This document shows, one piece after another, positions 28,169-38,493 of a stretch of 58,380 nucleotides of DNA. The stretch comes from a virus. Lineage: Duplodnaviria > Caudoviricetes. Under the pieces are notes generated by a model. That model had not been told where the DNA came from. It worked only from the letters and a program-made list of their open reading frames with translations, and ran no database searches. Each line of letters begins with the position of its first letter. Positions within the stretch are counted from its first letter, which is position 1. The position numbers were made by a program, and so were the translations under genes. The stretch is taken from the IMG/VR virus record IMGVR_UViG_3300028840_000492, positions 1 to 58,380 of that record. One strand, given 5' to 3'.

Positions 28169-29580
28169 TGGCAATGCCGTATGAAACTCTCTCGAACACC
28201 TTCAGGGAACTGAGGAACATAATGAGAGAGGATAAAGATAGAGAGATGGATCATCAGAGGCAGATGAGAGCCATGGGGCTTGAGCAAGAAAAGCTAAAGA
28301 TGAACCAGCAACTGCAAGACCAACAGTACCAGATGAATGAATTACAGTTGCAGAAACAAATGGAAGCGGAGCAACTGAAGCCTGTTAACCTGTTTCAGTT
28401 AGGGCTACAGAACAATGCCTACACCAGAGATAAACTCTTTGGCAATAAGGATGCTGTCAATGCCATGAAATCTATCTTCGGTGATCCTAATCAGATTAAG
28501 ATCGATACAGTTACTGGTCAGGTTCTCCTGGGTGATAGTGAAACTCCTCTTCAAGTAAAGGGTGGCGACATGGGTAAAGCTACCTTCGGTATGCTGGCTG
28601 TAACCAATAGGTTTTTAGATCCCCGGGTGGCTGCTGAGTATCAGAAAAACGATCTGCAAGGCCAGGTGAAGGCTATAGACGCAGAGATGGCTAAGTTAAA
28701 CAAAAGCGACAGAGCTGATGCTAGTCAACTAGAGATACGAAGAATCCTTAAAGAAAAGAAAAATGGTCTTGAAAAGTCTATAAAAAATGTTGATGAATTT
28801 GTAACTGATGAAAGTCTAAGAGATTATTATGAGGGTGCATATAAACGCAGCGCACAGATGTTAGCAGCTGCTGCACAACATGAAGGTGTATCGCCTGAGT
28901 TATTGAAGCTGATCCAGGACACCAAGGATGACTCAATGGCTATGTGGGCTAAGCACAAAGCTGCTATTGATAAAAAGTATGAGCTGACTGCTGGCGGTAA
29001 AGGTACTGATCTGTATAAAGGCTGGAAGATGCACAATAATGAGAGAATGGCTAAAGGACTACCACCTATCAGTATTGAAAAATATAAGAATGATTACTGG
29101 AGTCCAGACCAAGAGAAGTCCCAATACAATACGTTGACTGACAACTTAGCAATGAGGTTCAAGAATCAACTAGGTATGGTTGACGAAGTCGCTGCTGAAG
29201 CTGGTAATAAGTATGCTGCAAGATTGTTAAAGGGCGGTGGAGATCCTTATCAGATTCAAGAAGCAGCTGTCGAGTACGGATGGTCAGTATCTAAAACAGC
29301 TAGAGCACTACGCAAGATTGCAAAAGATGCTGGCGGTTGGATGGGTACATCTGAGGCCGAAGCTGGTAGACAGATTTTTGAAGCATTGCAACCGTTTACA
29401 GATAAAGAGGATAATCTAGATCCTATATTAGAAAAACAATTAACGCCAAAGCATAAGAAATTATTAAAGGCGTATGGTACGAGTAAATCTAAATCACCAG
29501 TAGCTGCCAAAGCAGCTGAAAAGAAAGCTGAAAAGAACGTAGAAGTAGAAGCTGTATCACAAATAGATAACTTATTTTAA
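28168..29580 (+). CDS. Putative ejection protein
   Basis: Q/M-rich coiled-coil N-terminus; all-helical; precedes the giant internal protein. Confidence 0.6.
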   Translation: MAMPYETLSNTFRELRNIMREDKDREMDHQRQMRAMGLEQEKLKMNQQLQDQQYQMNELQLQKQMEAEQLKPVNLFQLGLQNNAYTRDKLFGNKDAVNAMKSIFGDPNQIKIDTVTGQVLLGDSETPLQVKGGDMGKATFGMLAVTNRFLDPRVAAEYQKNDLQGQVKAIDAEMAKLNKSDRADASQLEIRRILKEKKNGLEKSIKNVDEFVTDESLRDYYEGAYKRSAQMLAAAAQHEGVSPELLKLIQDTKDDSMAMWAKHKAAIDKKYELTAGGKGTDLYKGWKMHNNERMAKGLPPISIEKYKNDYWSPDQEKSQYNTLTDNLAMRFKNQLGMVDEVAAEAGNKYAARLLKGGGDPYQIQEAAVEYGWSVSKTARALRKIAKDAGGWMGTSEAEAGRQIFEALQPFTDKEDNLDPILEKQLTPKHKKLLKAYGTSKSKSPVAAKAAEKKAEKNVEVEAVSQIDNLF

Positions 29581-29591
29581 GGATATAATTT

Positions 29592-32500
29592 ATGAAACTT
29601 AGTGAGCTTACAGGAACGGATACTGCACAGACAGAAACCAAAACTCCTGAAACTGAAACCTATGATTCTAATTCGTTTGATCCTATTATTAAGAAGGCAT
29701 CAAAACAATACGGTGTACCTGAAGCTCTATTGAAGGGCATGATACATCAAGAATCTAGTTGGAATCCTAGAGCAACAACTCCTAAATCTTCAGCTAAAGG
29801 ATTGATGCAGCTGATAGATGATACTGCAGCTGAAATGGGAGTAGAGGATCCATTTGATCCTGTACAAAATATCATGGGTGGTGCTAAGTACCTTAAACAG
29901 CAACATGATAAATTTGGTACATGGGGTAATGCTCTTGGTGCGTACTATGCTGGCCCTACGAATTACTCTCGTATTAAGGCTGGAGAGGCAGAGTCAGATC
30001 CCGAATTGGCTAAGCTAGTAAAGGATACTAATTTACATGTGAGTCGTGTCGCTAAGTACGCCAAACAGTATAAGGAGCAGACAGCGCCTGTTGTTAAAGC
30101 TAAAGCCATTACTGACATTCCTAAGTTTAATAATATTGCTAACAATCCTGTCCAACCAGCTAAGGTTAAAGCTGAACTAAAAGCTGATGTAAAGAAACCT
30201 AAAGGGCAGAGCTGGTGGAAGAACATGCTAGAGATGATGGGTGGAAACCAGAAGAAGGTAGCTGAAATAGCTGCCGAGCAGCTCAAAGGTGTTGGTGTTA
30301 CCTATCAGTATACAGATCTAGACATGGATAAGAGTCGAGTTTGGGCTGATATTATGATGAATAAAGGGGAAGTCACCCCTGAGAATGAGGCCAAACTCAA
30401 TGAACTTAATGCTCAGATGCAGAGACTTGAGGATGAGGTAGCGCAAGCTCCATTCATGGCTGATGCTGTTGGATCGTTATTGCCTTTTGTTAAAGAGTCT
30501 ATGTTGGCTAGTGGTAAAGGTGGACTTGTCGGTGCTGGTATTGGATTAACCGCTGCTGCTGCAGTTGAGGCAATAGTTCCTACTGTTGGTGAAGGTATGG
30601 CTTTGGCTCCTGGTCTTATGAAGCTAGGTGCTACTGCTATGGCAACCAACGAGACGGCTCAGAATATGCTATGGATTGAAGCTGGTAGTTTCTATGAAAA
30701 GGCTAGAGCTATGGGCATGGATCATGAGTATGCCAAACCTGCTGCTATGATTTATGGCGGTGGTGCTGCTGGTCTTGAAACTATGAAGTTAAAATACTTA
30801 GGTAAACTTATTCCTGGTTCTCGTGCGGTAGCCAATAAGATTATCAAGAATGGATTTGTCAGGGCCTTAGATAAGGGTATGATGTCCAGGATAGGAAAAG
30901 ATCTGGTATCTACAACGATGGGTGAGGCTGGTGTTGAAGTTAGCCAGCAATTCTTAGATAACTTAACGATGGGTATCACAGAGGAATTGCATGATCGTTA
31001 TAAGGGAACTGATATTTCACCAGACAATATGGCTGAATGGGCAGCTCAGGTAAGTGATGGCTTAGTAGAAACCTTTATTAAATCTGCTGCAGGCATGGGT
31101 ATTATTTCTATCCCAGGTGTATCTATTAACGTGATGACTGAGGGTGGTAAGAAGACTGTTGCCAAACAATATGAAGAGGCACTGACTCCTCCTGCAAAGA
31201 AACCACCTAGAAAGAAACCAGCTAAGAAAGAAGAACTTAGTGACGCAGCTAAAAGAGCTAGAGAGGCTGCTAAAGCAAAGATGAAGGAGTTAGGTTTAGC
31301 CGAAGAAACAGCTAAGAAAACTCCTGAGAAGAAAGAAACGAAGAAGAAAAAGGAAGAGTTTAAACTTCCTGAAACTAAGAAGCCAGAAAAGAAAGAGGAA
31401 GAGGCTAAGGCTCCTGAGCAGATGGAGTTGCCCCTTGGTAAAGAGGAGAAGGCTGAAGAGAAGGCTCCTAAGAAAAAGCAAGAGAAGCCTAAGAAAGAAG
31501 AGCTTACTATAGAGGAAACAGAAGAGGAAGAGGGCGAAGCTCCCAAAGAAGTCTTTAAGTTTCCTGAGCCTAAAGATAAAAAGAAAGATACAAAAGATCC
31601 TGAGACTAAAGAAGACTTTCAAGAACTAGCAGGAAAGGATGTTAAAGTAGATGCTCTTGGTGAAGAGGATAGCACTACCCCTGCTGACCAAGTACAAGTA
31701 ACTGTCATTGAAGGTGAGGCAAAAGGCAATACTTGGAATATACCAAAAAAGGATTTTGCTGATGAACTTAAAAAACGAAAAGATGAATATGCCAAATCTA
31801 ATAAAGGAAAGAAAGAACTTAGTCCAAGAGAAAAAGCTTATGCTACTGGAAAAGAAGAGACAGAAGAGCAAGGAAAATCTGAAGGAATTGAAGAGAAAGC
31901 TAAAGGAACTGGAGCTAAGAAAGAAACACAACTACCAAAGCGAACCACCGAAGAACTAAAAGCTGAAGAGTTAGAGAAAGAAAGAAGGAAAGAAGTTTAT
32001 AAAACCCTGAAGGCTGAGTTTCCTACCGCCACTGAGGAACAGCTGCAGGCTATGACTGACAGTTCTATGGAGCGGTATGAGATAGGTAAGAAAAGAACTA
32101 AGACCTACCAGGGCAAGACTGAGTTAGACATAGAAGAAAAAGAAACTGAAACCCAGGTTAAGGAAACTGCAAAGGATGTTAAGTCTCAGCTTGCAGAGTT
32201 TGAGAAAGAGCATGGGATTAAAGAGCCTCCTGTTAAGATTAAAGCCCTAAGACAGTTAAATGTTCCTGGTATTGTGGTAGATGGAAAGACCTACAGAGGT
32301 AGGGCGCTAAATACTACAGATATTCGTACTAATAAATTTATAGAACAGTTTATGACTAGCATCCAAGAAGCTAAAGAACTAGCTAAAGCTGATGGTAAAG
32401 ATCCTAAAAATGCTCAAATGGTTTTTATAGTTGATGGTAAACCTGTTGATGCTAGAAATGCAGCTACACAAATAGGGCTACAAGCTAAGGTAGATGCTGT

Positions 32501-35500
32501 CAAAGAGGCAAAAGAGTTAGCTAGAATTGAATCAGAAGCTAAGGCTCTGGAAAAAGAACTAGCTAATAGGGAAAAGGATCAGAAAGCATTAAAGAACACT
32601 CGTAAACCCACTGATGCTGATAAACTGATCTTTAAAGGAGTTGAGAAAGCATTAAGGAATTCTGCAGCTAAACAAAAGAACTCTCCCTTGGGTCGAGGTA
32701 TACCGTTTGAGGATATTTATAATAGTGTTGTAGCTAAGGTATGGGAACGTTTGTTGAAACTTCCTAAAGCCCAGGTTTTAGATTCTAAGAATCATGCTAG
32801 TATAGCTGCATTATTGAGAACTACTGGTAAGCATTTAGCTAAGAATATTGTTAAAGAGTTCTATGGTAAGCGTGCTGACGTTATCAAGAAGGTGGAGAAG
32901 GGTGAGAAGGTCAGCATGGACGAGTACAAAGAGGCTGGCTTATCTGATACCATGGACCATATCAACAATATATTGAACGCTGAGGATAAAGGTTTTGTTA
33001 GAGACAGTAAAAAGAAAAAAGCCAGATCTAATGCTACCATTATGATGACTATCAATGAACGAGCTGAAGCTGCTAGGTTTGACCTTGATTATATTCAACG
33101 AAAGATTTGGAGACTAGAACGTGAGATCAAGGCAGCTAAGACTCAAGATCGTAAGAATGAGTTAGCTGTTAAGTTAGTTGAACTTAAAAACGAGTATAAA
33201 GATGAAGAGCCTAATGTGAAACGCCTTGAGACTATGGCTGGAGCTGCGCCCAGTGCAGTTAAGAAGCTGACAGACAAAGAACTGTTAGCTGCCAAGGCTC
33301 AAGAAAAGAAAGCTGCTGAGGCTCAAAGAAAGAGGGCTATAGAAAATGCAAAGAATCGTACAGTTGTGTCTAAAGAAGGTTTCGGCACTGTACCTCTTGA
33401 TAAAGAGGATATACCCCGAACTAAAAACGCTCAGTATTACGCTGAAAGAGCTGCTGAAGAAACTGCTAGGCTAGAGAAAAAGGGATTTGTAGCACCTCGT
33501 CTGCCTAAAGTTGAACAAAAGCAGGAGAAGGCTGCAGAGACAACTCCTGGTAAGAAGTTTGTTCCGACTCATTCAGATAAATTGAAAGCTGAAAAAGAAA
33601 AAGCTGAAAAGATTAAGTCTAAACGAGCCGAGAAGAACGCAAAGACCTTATCTAATCCAGCAGATATTATTGATGCTAAGAATAAGCTGAAAGATATACC
33701 TCAAGATATGTTCATAGCTACAGATAGAATAAATGGCAAGACTATCATAGGTACATGGGAACAGGTAGCTGATTTAGATAAGAGATCGTGGGAGGTTAAG
33801 TCAGCTGATCAGGCTAAGCTAGAAATAATTAGTAAAGAGCAGCCTAAAGGTGTTATTACAACTACACTAAATGCTCAGCGCAAGCAACCCCAATTTGTAA
33901 TATTAACTAACCCTGACACTAAACCATCTAAAATAATCAAAGCCGATAAGATGATGGACAACTTTTGGAAATGGGTACAGAAACAACCATTGTTTGACTT
34001 TGTACAAAACATGTTAAACCAAGGTACATATCTTCATTTTATCGATGGTGCTGAAAATCTAGAACAATTACCATATTGGGATAAGTTAAATGTATTTAGA
34101 AAAGCTCAGTATAAAGAGATGTTTAACTCTGCAAATGAAGATAGAGCTGGTGCATTACACTGTGTTTCTGAATTAATCGATGGTAAGTTAATTGATCATA
34201 TTGTTATAGATATGAGTGCTTCTGAAATTGCTACAACTGAACAAATGTATGGTACTGTTGTACATGAAACTATCCATTCGGCAATATCTTATTTTAGAAG
34301 ATGGGCATCTCCTCTTCAAGTAAAACAATTTAACAATGCTTTATCTAATTTATGGCATCAAAATAAACATCAGTGGAAGGATGCTGTTGCTGCTTATGCT
34401 AAAGATCTAAGGAGTGTAGATAGAAACGCCAGAGCAAATTGGTTGGAGAAGAAATGGGGGCCTGTTGTACGGGACGCTATCGAAAATAATGTAGAAGAAA
34501 TAGCTACATATACACTTTCAGATGTACATATTGCCAACGTATTAGCTAGGATGGTAGATGTAACAGAGCGCCAAGCACCTCCGCTCAAAGGTAAAAATTA
34601 TATAAGATCTGTTTGGGACAAAATGGTAGATATTGTTCGACAGCATATAATCATGGGCGGAAGAAAGATGCTGATGACTAATCAGTATAATTTGCTTTCA
34701 TCTCTTAAAAAGGTTATGAATGAATTTGTTTTCGTTGATGGAACTTATGATTATCAACTAATGCAAAAAAGAGCTGTTACCACAGCTAAAGGATTCAAGA
34801 TAACTCCTGACACTACTATGGGGTTGTTGCTCTTAAAATCCCAACGAGTTGCTAAAGAATCAGAAATAGCTACAGCACCTCTAGCCCCGGGCGAGAAACC
34901 TACTGCTACTGATAGAAAGAATTATTTTAAATTTGTTTTGGATAAAACTACAGGAGCAGTTACTAGCCTTAGAGATTGGCTCGACATTGAATCTCCTTGG
35001 AAAGCTATGGGTGCGTATAAAACTGGTAGTGTACTCAAGAGATATTATAGTAAGAAAACTAAGTACGAAGAGATGGGTGTCAAGAAAGTTCAAGCTATTA
35101 TAGATAAGTATAAAGAAACTACTGGAGGATTTAATGAGGCTGAGTTCTTAGATGTCTTGCTAGCAGAGGAGAGTCCTAGGCTAACTAAAAGATGGAGTCC
35201 TATGAAGAGGGCTAAACTAGATCCTATTAGGGCAGAGTTCCGTAAATTCTTTGATGATATGGAACAGATCTATAAAGATCGTGGTGTCCATTGGGATTGG
35301 AAGAAGCGTAGATTGATGGAGCTTGAGCAGAAAGTGCTGGAAGCTACAGACTTTGATAAGCGCAATAAATGGCTACGCCAACTAAATACTTTAAGGGCTA
35401 GTAACTATGTTCATATTCCAGTTAAGTTAATCGTTCAGGATTTATTAAATAACAAAGAATCTATGCTCAAGAAAACTAGAAAAAATAAGCCAGCTGCGCT

Positions 35501-37274
35501 AGCTCAACAGAAAGCTTTTTTAGAAAAGGCAAACAATATAGTTAATGCGAGAAAGAGAGTTACCCTCTCTTTGGGCGAGATACTAGAGAAATATAATATG
35601 GGTGCAGATGAAATATCCCCAACTGAAATATTAATGAACTATATCTGGAGATACTCTCAAGATATGGCTAACTTAGATATTAGAGATGCTATGGTTGAAG
35701 ACGGCTTAGCTATTAAAAATAAAGGTGCTAAGAAAAAGAAACCTACTAAAAAGCAAAGAGGTGATAGGAAATTTGAATATATTAGCTTAAAAGAAGGTAT
35801 GAAAATATCAGGATTCTCCCAGTATTGGGTAGAAACCAAGGCTCTAGCTACGTTCATGCAGCTTAGAGCTGTTAAAGAACAACAAACTAAATGGGAACGA
35901 ATGTTGTCATGGGCTAAGATGGGAGCATTTTATAATCCTTTCTTTTTACCTATATATGACACTTACCAATCGTTTATGTCAGGGGCATGGCTAAGAAATC
36001 CACTCAAGATGCCTGGTTCTATAGCACTAGGTATCTATCATACTATTAAGAAAGATGATTATTATCTTGAAGCTATGGATGAAGGTCTATTTTCTAAACC
36101 ATTTGATATGCCTTGGGATGATTTTAGGCATAAGATAAAGAGGATGGCAAAGTATGGGCATAAACCGTGGCTCTCAAGACAATTAAATGCAGGGCTATAT
36201 CATGTTAAACAACTATCTAATCCAGCACGACATCCAATAAAAAGCACAAGACAATTTCTAGAATTGTTTTACCAAATGTCCTGGCATAGTGCGTGGTGGG
36301 CAGACTCTGCGATTCGTATGACAACATATACTCAGTTACGTAAAACTGGTATGTCAGCGTCTGAAGCTGCATCTTTAGCAGCTAGATTTCACGGTGACTA
36401 TGCTAGTGTTCCGCCAGCAACGAGAAGAAAGTTGAATAAATTTCTTTTTACTCCTACGTTTAAGATAGCTATGACAAAACTATATGGTGATATAATAACA
36501 GCTCCATTTAAAGTAGCACTCCGAAAAGGTGGTACTAAAGTGGATAGACAATATACTATGGGATTAATAGCATCTACAGCAGCAGTAGTAGGTTTTGATT
36601 ACGTTATGCGTAGTATGGGCTATGAACCTGAAGACGATAAGTGGTATAACTTTGGTAGACGATATACTAAAATTGATGAAAATGATGACGGAAGTCCGAG
36701 AGAGTTTGTATTCACTTGGTCGAACCCTGGTAACTTAATGCAAAGATATTTTCATAGAGCAATAACATCTTATAAAAGAAGTGGTGGCTCTTTACCATTA
36801 ACTATCTATAACACATTGAGGTGGGATATACATCCAGTATGGTCATCTCTTGCGTCAGTTCTAACAAATACAAAACCAGACGGAACTCCTATCTTTTATG
36901 AACATGATGACAAAATAGATAAAGTCTGGAAACCAGCCATGTTTATGCTGAAAAATATTGTTAGGCTATTAGAAGCTCCAGGGGATCTTTTAACTCCAGA
37001 ACCTATAACTAGTCAATCTAAACAAGACCTAGATGGATACCTTAATAGTGTGTTATATGTTCTGACTCAACTAAAGATAACCGCAATTGCATCTATCTAT
37101 ACTAGAAATCCTAAGAACATTAGGTTATACCAAGAGTTTAATGCTAAACTAAATGTATACAGATATAATCAAAAGAAGTACATGGACGAACATGGTGATT
37201 TAAACTTAGAGTGGGAAGAAAATTTCATGGATGATTTAGAAAGATACAGAGAGGAAATGCTAGATGTGGAATAA
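29592..37274 (+). CDS. Giant internal virion protein with N-terminal lytic transglycosylase (SLT) domain
   Basis: IHQESSWNPRA..AKGLMQL..DPFDPVQNIMGGAKYL..ALGAYYAG; K/E-rich linker; HETIH...EEIA motif; 2560 aa. Confidence 0.85.
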   Translation: MKLSELTGTDTAQTETKTPETETYDSNSFDPIIKKASKQYGVPEALLKGMIHQESSWNPRATTPKSSAKGLMQLIDDTAAEMGVEDPFDPVQNIMGGAKYLKQQHDKFGTWGNALGAYYAGPTNYSRIKAGEAESDPELAKLVKDTNLHVSRVAKYAKQYKEQTAPVVKAKAITDIPKFNNIANNPVQPAKVKAELKADVKKPKGQSWWKNMLEMMGGNQKKVAEIAAEQLKGVGVTYQYTDLDMDKSRVWADIMMNKGEVTPENEAKLNELNAQMQRLEDEVAQAPFMADAVGSLLPFVKESMLASGKGGLVGAGIGLTAAAAVEAIVPTVGEGMALAPGLMKLGATAMATNETAQNMLWIEAGSFYEKARAMGMDHEYAKPAAMIYGGGAAGLETMKLKYLGKLIPGSRAVANKIIKNGFVRALDKGMMSRIGKDLVSTTMGEAGVEVSQQFLDNLTMGITEELHDRYKGTDISPDNMAEWAAQVSDGLVETFIKSAAGMGIISIPGVSINVMTEGGKKTVAKQYEEALTPPAKKPPRKKPAKKEELSDAAKRAREAAKAKMKELGLAEETAKKTPEKKETKKKKEEFKLPETKKPEKKEEEAKAPEQMELPLGKEEKAEEKAPKKKQEKPKKEELTIEETEEEEGEAPKEVFKFPEPKDKKKDTKDPETKEDFQELAGKDVKVDALGEEDSTTPADQVQVTVIEGEAKGNTWNIPKKDFADELKKRKDEYAKSNKGKKELSPREKAYATGKEETEEQGKSEGIEEKAKGTGAKKETQLPKRTTEELKAEELEKERRKEVYKTLKAEFPTATEEQLQAMTDSSMERYEIGKKRTKTYQGKTELDIEEKETETQVKETAKDVKSQLAEFEKEHGIKEPPVKIKALRQLNVPGIVVDGKTYRGRALNTTDIRTNKFIEQFMTSIQEAKELAKADGKDPKNAQMVFIVDGKPVDARNAATQIGLQAKVDAVKEAKELARIESEAKALEKELANREKDQKALKNTRKPTDADKLIFKGVEKALRNSAAKQKNSPLGRGIPFEDIYNSVVAKVWERLLKLPKAQVLDSKNHASIAALLRTTGKHLAKNIVKEFYGKRADVIKKVEKGEKVSMDEYKEAGLSDTMDHINNILNAEDKGFVRDSKKKKARSNATIMMTINERAEAARFDLDYIQRKIWRLEREIKAAKTQDRKNELAVKLVELKNEYKDEEPNVKRLETMAGAAPSAVKKLTDKELLAAKAQEKKAAEAQRKRAIENAKNRTVVSKEGFGTVPLDKEDIPRTKNAQYYAERAAEETARLEKKGFVAPRLPKVEQKQEKAAETTPGKKFVPTHSDKLKAEKEKAEKIKSKRAEKNAKTLSNPADIIDAKNKLKDIPQDMFIATDRINGKTIIGTWEQVADLDKRSWEVKSADQAKLEIISKEQPKGVITTTLNAQRKQPQFVILTNPDTKPSKIIKADKMMDNFWKWVQKQPLFDFVQNMLNQGTYLHFIDGAENLEQLPYWDKLNVFRKAQYKEMFNSANEDRAGALHCVSELIDGKLIDHIVIDMSASEIATTEQMYGTVVHETIHSAISYFRRWASPLQVKQFNNALSNLWHQNKHQWKDAVAAYAKDLRSVDRNARANWLEKKWGPVVRDAIENNVEEIATYTLSDVHIANVLARMVDVTERQAPPLKGKNYIRSVWDKMVDIVRQHIIMGGRKMLMTNQYNLLSSLKKVMNEFVFVDGTYDYQLMQKRAVTTAKGFKITPDTTMGLLLLKSQRVAKESEIATAPLAPGEKPTATDRKNYFKFVLDKTTGAVTSLRDWLDIESPWKAMGAYKTGSVLKRYYSKKTKYEEMGVKKVQAIIDKYKETTGGFNEAEFLDVLLAEESPRLTKRWSPMKRAKLDPIRAEFRKFFDDMEQIYKDRGVHWDWKKRRLMELEQKVLEATDFDKRNKWLRQLNTLRASNYVHIPVKLIVQDLLNNKESMLKKTRKNKPAALAQQKAFLEKANNIVNARKRVTLSLGEILEKYNMGADEISPTEILMNYIWRYSQDMANLDIRDAMVEDGLAIKNKGAKKKKPTKKQRGDRKFEYISLKEGMKISGFSQYWVETKALATFMQLRAVKEQQTKWERMLSWAKMGAFYNPFFLPIYDTYQSFMSGAWLRNPLKMPGSIALGIYHTIKKDDYYLEAMDEGLFSKPFDMPWDDFRHKIKRMAKYGHKPWLSRQLNAGLYHVKQLSNPARHPIKSTRQFLELFYQMSWHSAWWADSAIRMTTYTQLRKTGMSASEAASLAARFHGDYASVPPATRRKLNKFLFTPTFKIAMTKLYGDIITAPFKVALRKGGTKVDRQYTMGLIASTAAVVGFDYVMRSMGYEPEDDKWYNFGRRYTKIDENDDGSPREFVFTWSNPGNLMQRYFHRAITSYKRSGGSLPLTIYNTLRWDIHPVWSSLASVLTNTKPDGTPIFYEHDDKIDKVWKPAMFMLKNIVRLLEAPGDLLTPEPITSQSKQDLDGYLNSVLYVLTQLKITAIASIYTRNPKNIRLYQEFNAKLNVYRYNQKKYMDEHGDLNLEWEENFMDDLERYREEMLDVE

Positions 37275-37488
37275 AATATGGCCCGTTATTGTCGGCGTTG
37301 TCTTGAGTGGCATGATAGGATGGGGGGCCTGGGCAACCGTAAGTATCACCACAAAAACGCCAAGACCAGTGTTTGACGAGCATTGCAAAGCATCTGACCA
37401 ACGCTTTGAACGTATGCAGAATCGAATAGAAGACAAGTTAGATAAGATACAAGATAGATTAGGAGAGCATCATGGGGAAGATAATTAA
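37264..37488 (+). CDS. Single-TM coiled-coil protein (holin or lysis-associated candidate)
   Basis: N-terminal TM helix and charged coiled coil. Confidence 0.5.
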   Translation: MWNKIWPVIVGVVLSGMIGWGAWATVSITTKTPRPVFDEHCKASDQRFERMQNRIEDKLDKIQDRLGEHHGEDN

Positions 37489-37499
37489 CAGGAGGGATT

Positions 37500-38033
37500 A
37501 TGATTAAAAAAGCGATCGCACTTATTGTTATGGGCTTTATGTTGGTGGCTGGAGCGGGCTGTGCCACCTTGGGTAATGGCAAGCTGGATATTCCTGGTCT
37601 AGAACAGGCAACTCCAGAAGATGTGTATGCCTCTGGTCGTTTGCTAGGCATTACCGTGCAGAAAAAAGGCAATGCTCAGCTGACTGAGGACGCACTGTAC
37701 ACGATTAACAGAGTCATGGAGGCAACTCCAGAAAGTATTAAACGTATTTTAACCGAAGAGGTCATGCTGTTTATCAGTGACTATTTCGCACCTGGAAGCT
37801 ATGAGGTACTCATGCTGATGGAACTAGGTAGGCAGTTTGGTATCACAGACATCGACGCAGTTGACGACAACTTGCAGTCTATTGACCTGTGCTTAGTCAA
37901 ATCGTTTGCGCTAGGCGTTAAGCATGGTATTATGTTGGCTATGGGAACACCTGAACCTTATAAGACAGACTTCAGTGACGTCTGCCCTGTCGATCCTGTT
38001 CCAGTTCAACCGCTGGAGGATCAGGTTAGATGA
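37500..38033 (+). CDS. Putative lipoprotein
   Basis: Signal peptide ending AGAGC. Confidence 0.6.
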   Translation: MIKKAIALIVMGFMLVAGAGCATLGNGKLDIPGLEQATPEDVYASGRLLGITVQKKGNAQLTEDALYTINRVMEATPESIKRILTEEVMLFISDYFAPGSYEVLMLMELGRQFGITDIDAVDDNLQSIDLCLVKSFALGVKHGIMLAMGTPEPYKTDFSDVCPVDPVPVQPLEDQVR

Positions 38034-38443
38034 AAATCGATCCAATAAAGTATAAGAAGGGCTATAAGTATCAACTTGAGGACGACTTCAAGGCATCTCT
38101 AAACTTTGAATGTCCTGATGTGGAGTCAGATTACATTAGGATTAAAGATAATGTGCTGTATATCAAGAAGGGATACGCTTGGGATGGTTGCAGTGGGCCT
38201 ACTATTGACAGTATAAAGAGCATGAGGGCTAGCCTAGTACACGATGCTCTATATCAGTTGATAAGATACTCATTGATACCAGCTAAGTTTCGTCTGCTGG
38301 CTGACTTATTATTTTATGTGATCTTAAAGCTCGATCGGTTCAATCCGATGAGAGCGTGGTATTATTACCAAGCTGTTAAGAACTTTGCTTGCAAGGCTGC
38401 AAGTCCTTCTCACAAGAAGAAAGTTATAACAGCACCAAAATGA
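38030..38443 (+). CDS. DUF1353-like protein
   Basis: IKKGYAWDGCS..ASLVHDALYQ..ADLLF..YYQAV. Confidence 0.75.
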   Translation: MKIDPIKYKKGYKYQLEDDFKASLNFECPDVESDYIRIKDNVLYIKKGYAWDGCSGPTIDSIKSMRASLVHDALYQLIRYSLIPAKFRLLADLLFYVILKLDRFNPMRAWYYYQAVKNFACKAASPSHKKKVITAPK

Positions 38444-38445
38444 TA

Positions 38446-38493
38446 AGGGGAGTGGCTAGCTCCCCTCTTAGGAGAATCCGTAGGCTACGGATT
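38446..38493. terminator. Hairpin pair at the convergence of the two arms
   Basis: AGGGGAG/CTCCCCT (38446-38466) and AATCCGTAG-G-CTACGGATT (38475-38493); U-tracts are weak. Confidence 0.5.

Noticed and set aside
31046-31959. Antisense and alternative-frame ORFs rich in F/S/L
   Set aside because: Shadows of the A-rich K/E low-complexity tract of the giant protein
29592-37274. N4-like or crAss-like virion RNA polymerase
   Set aside because: No recognisable DxDGD or single-subunit polymerase motif set was found by eye, despite the size and the N4-like capsid
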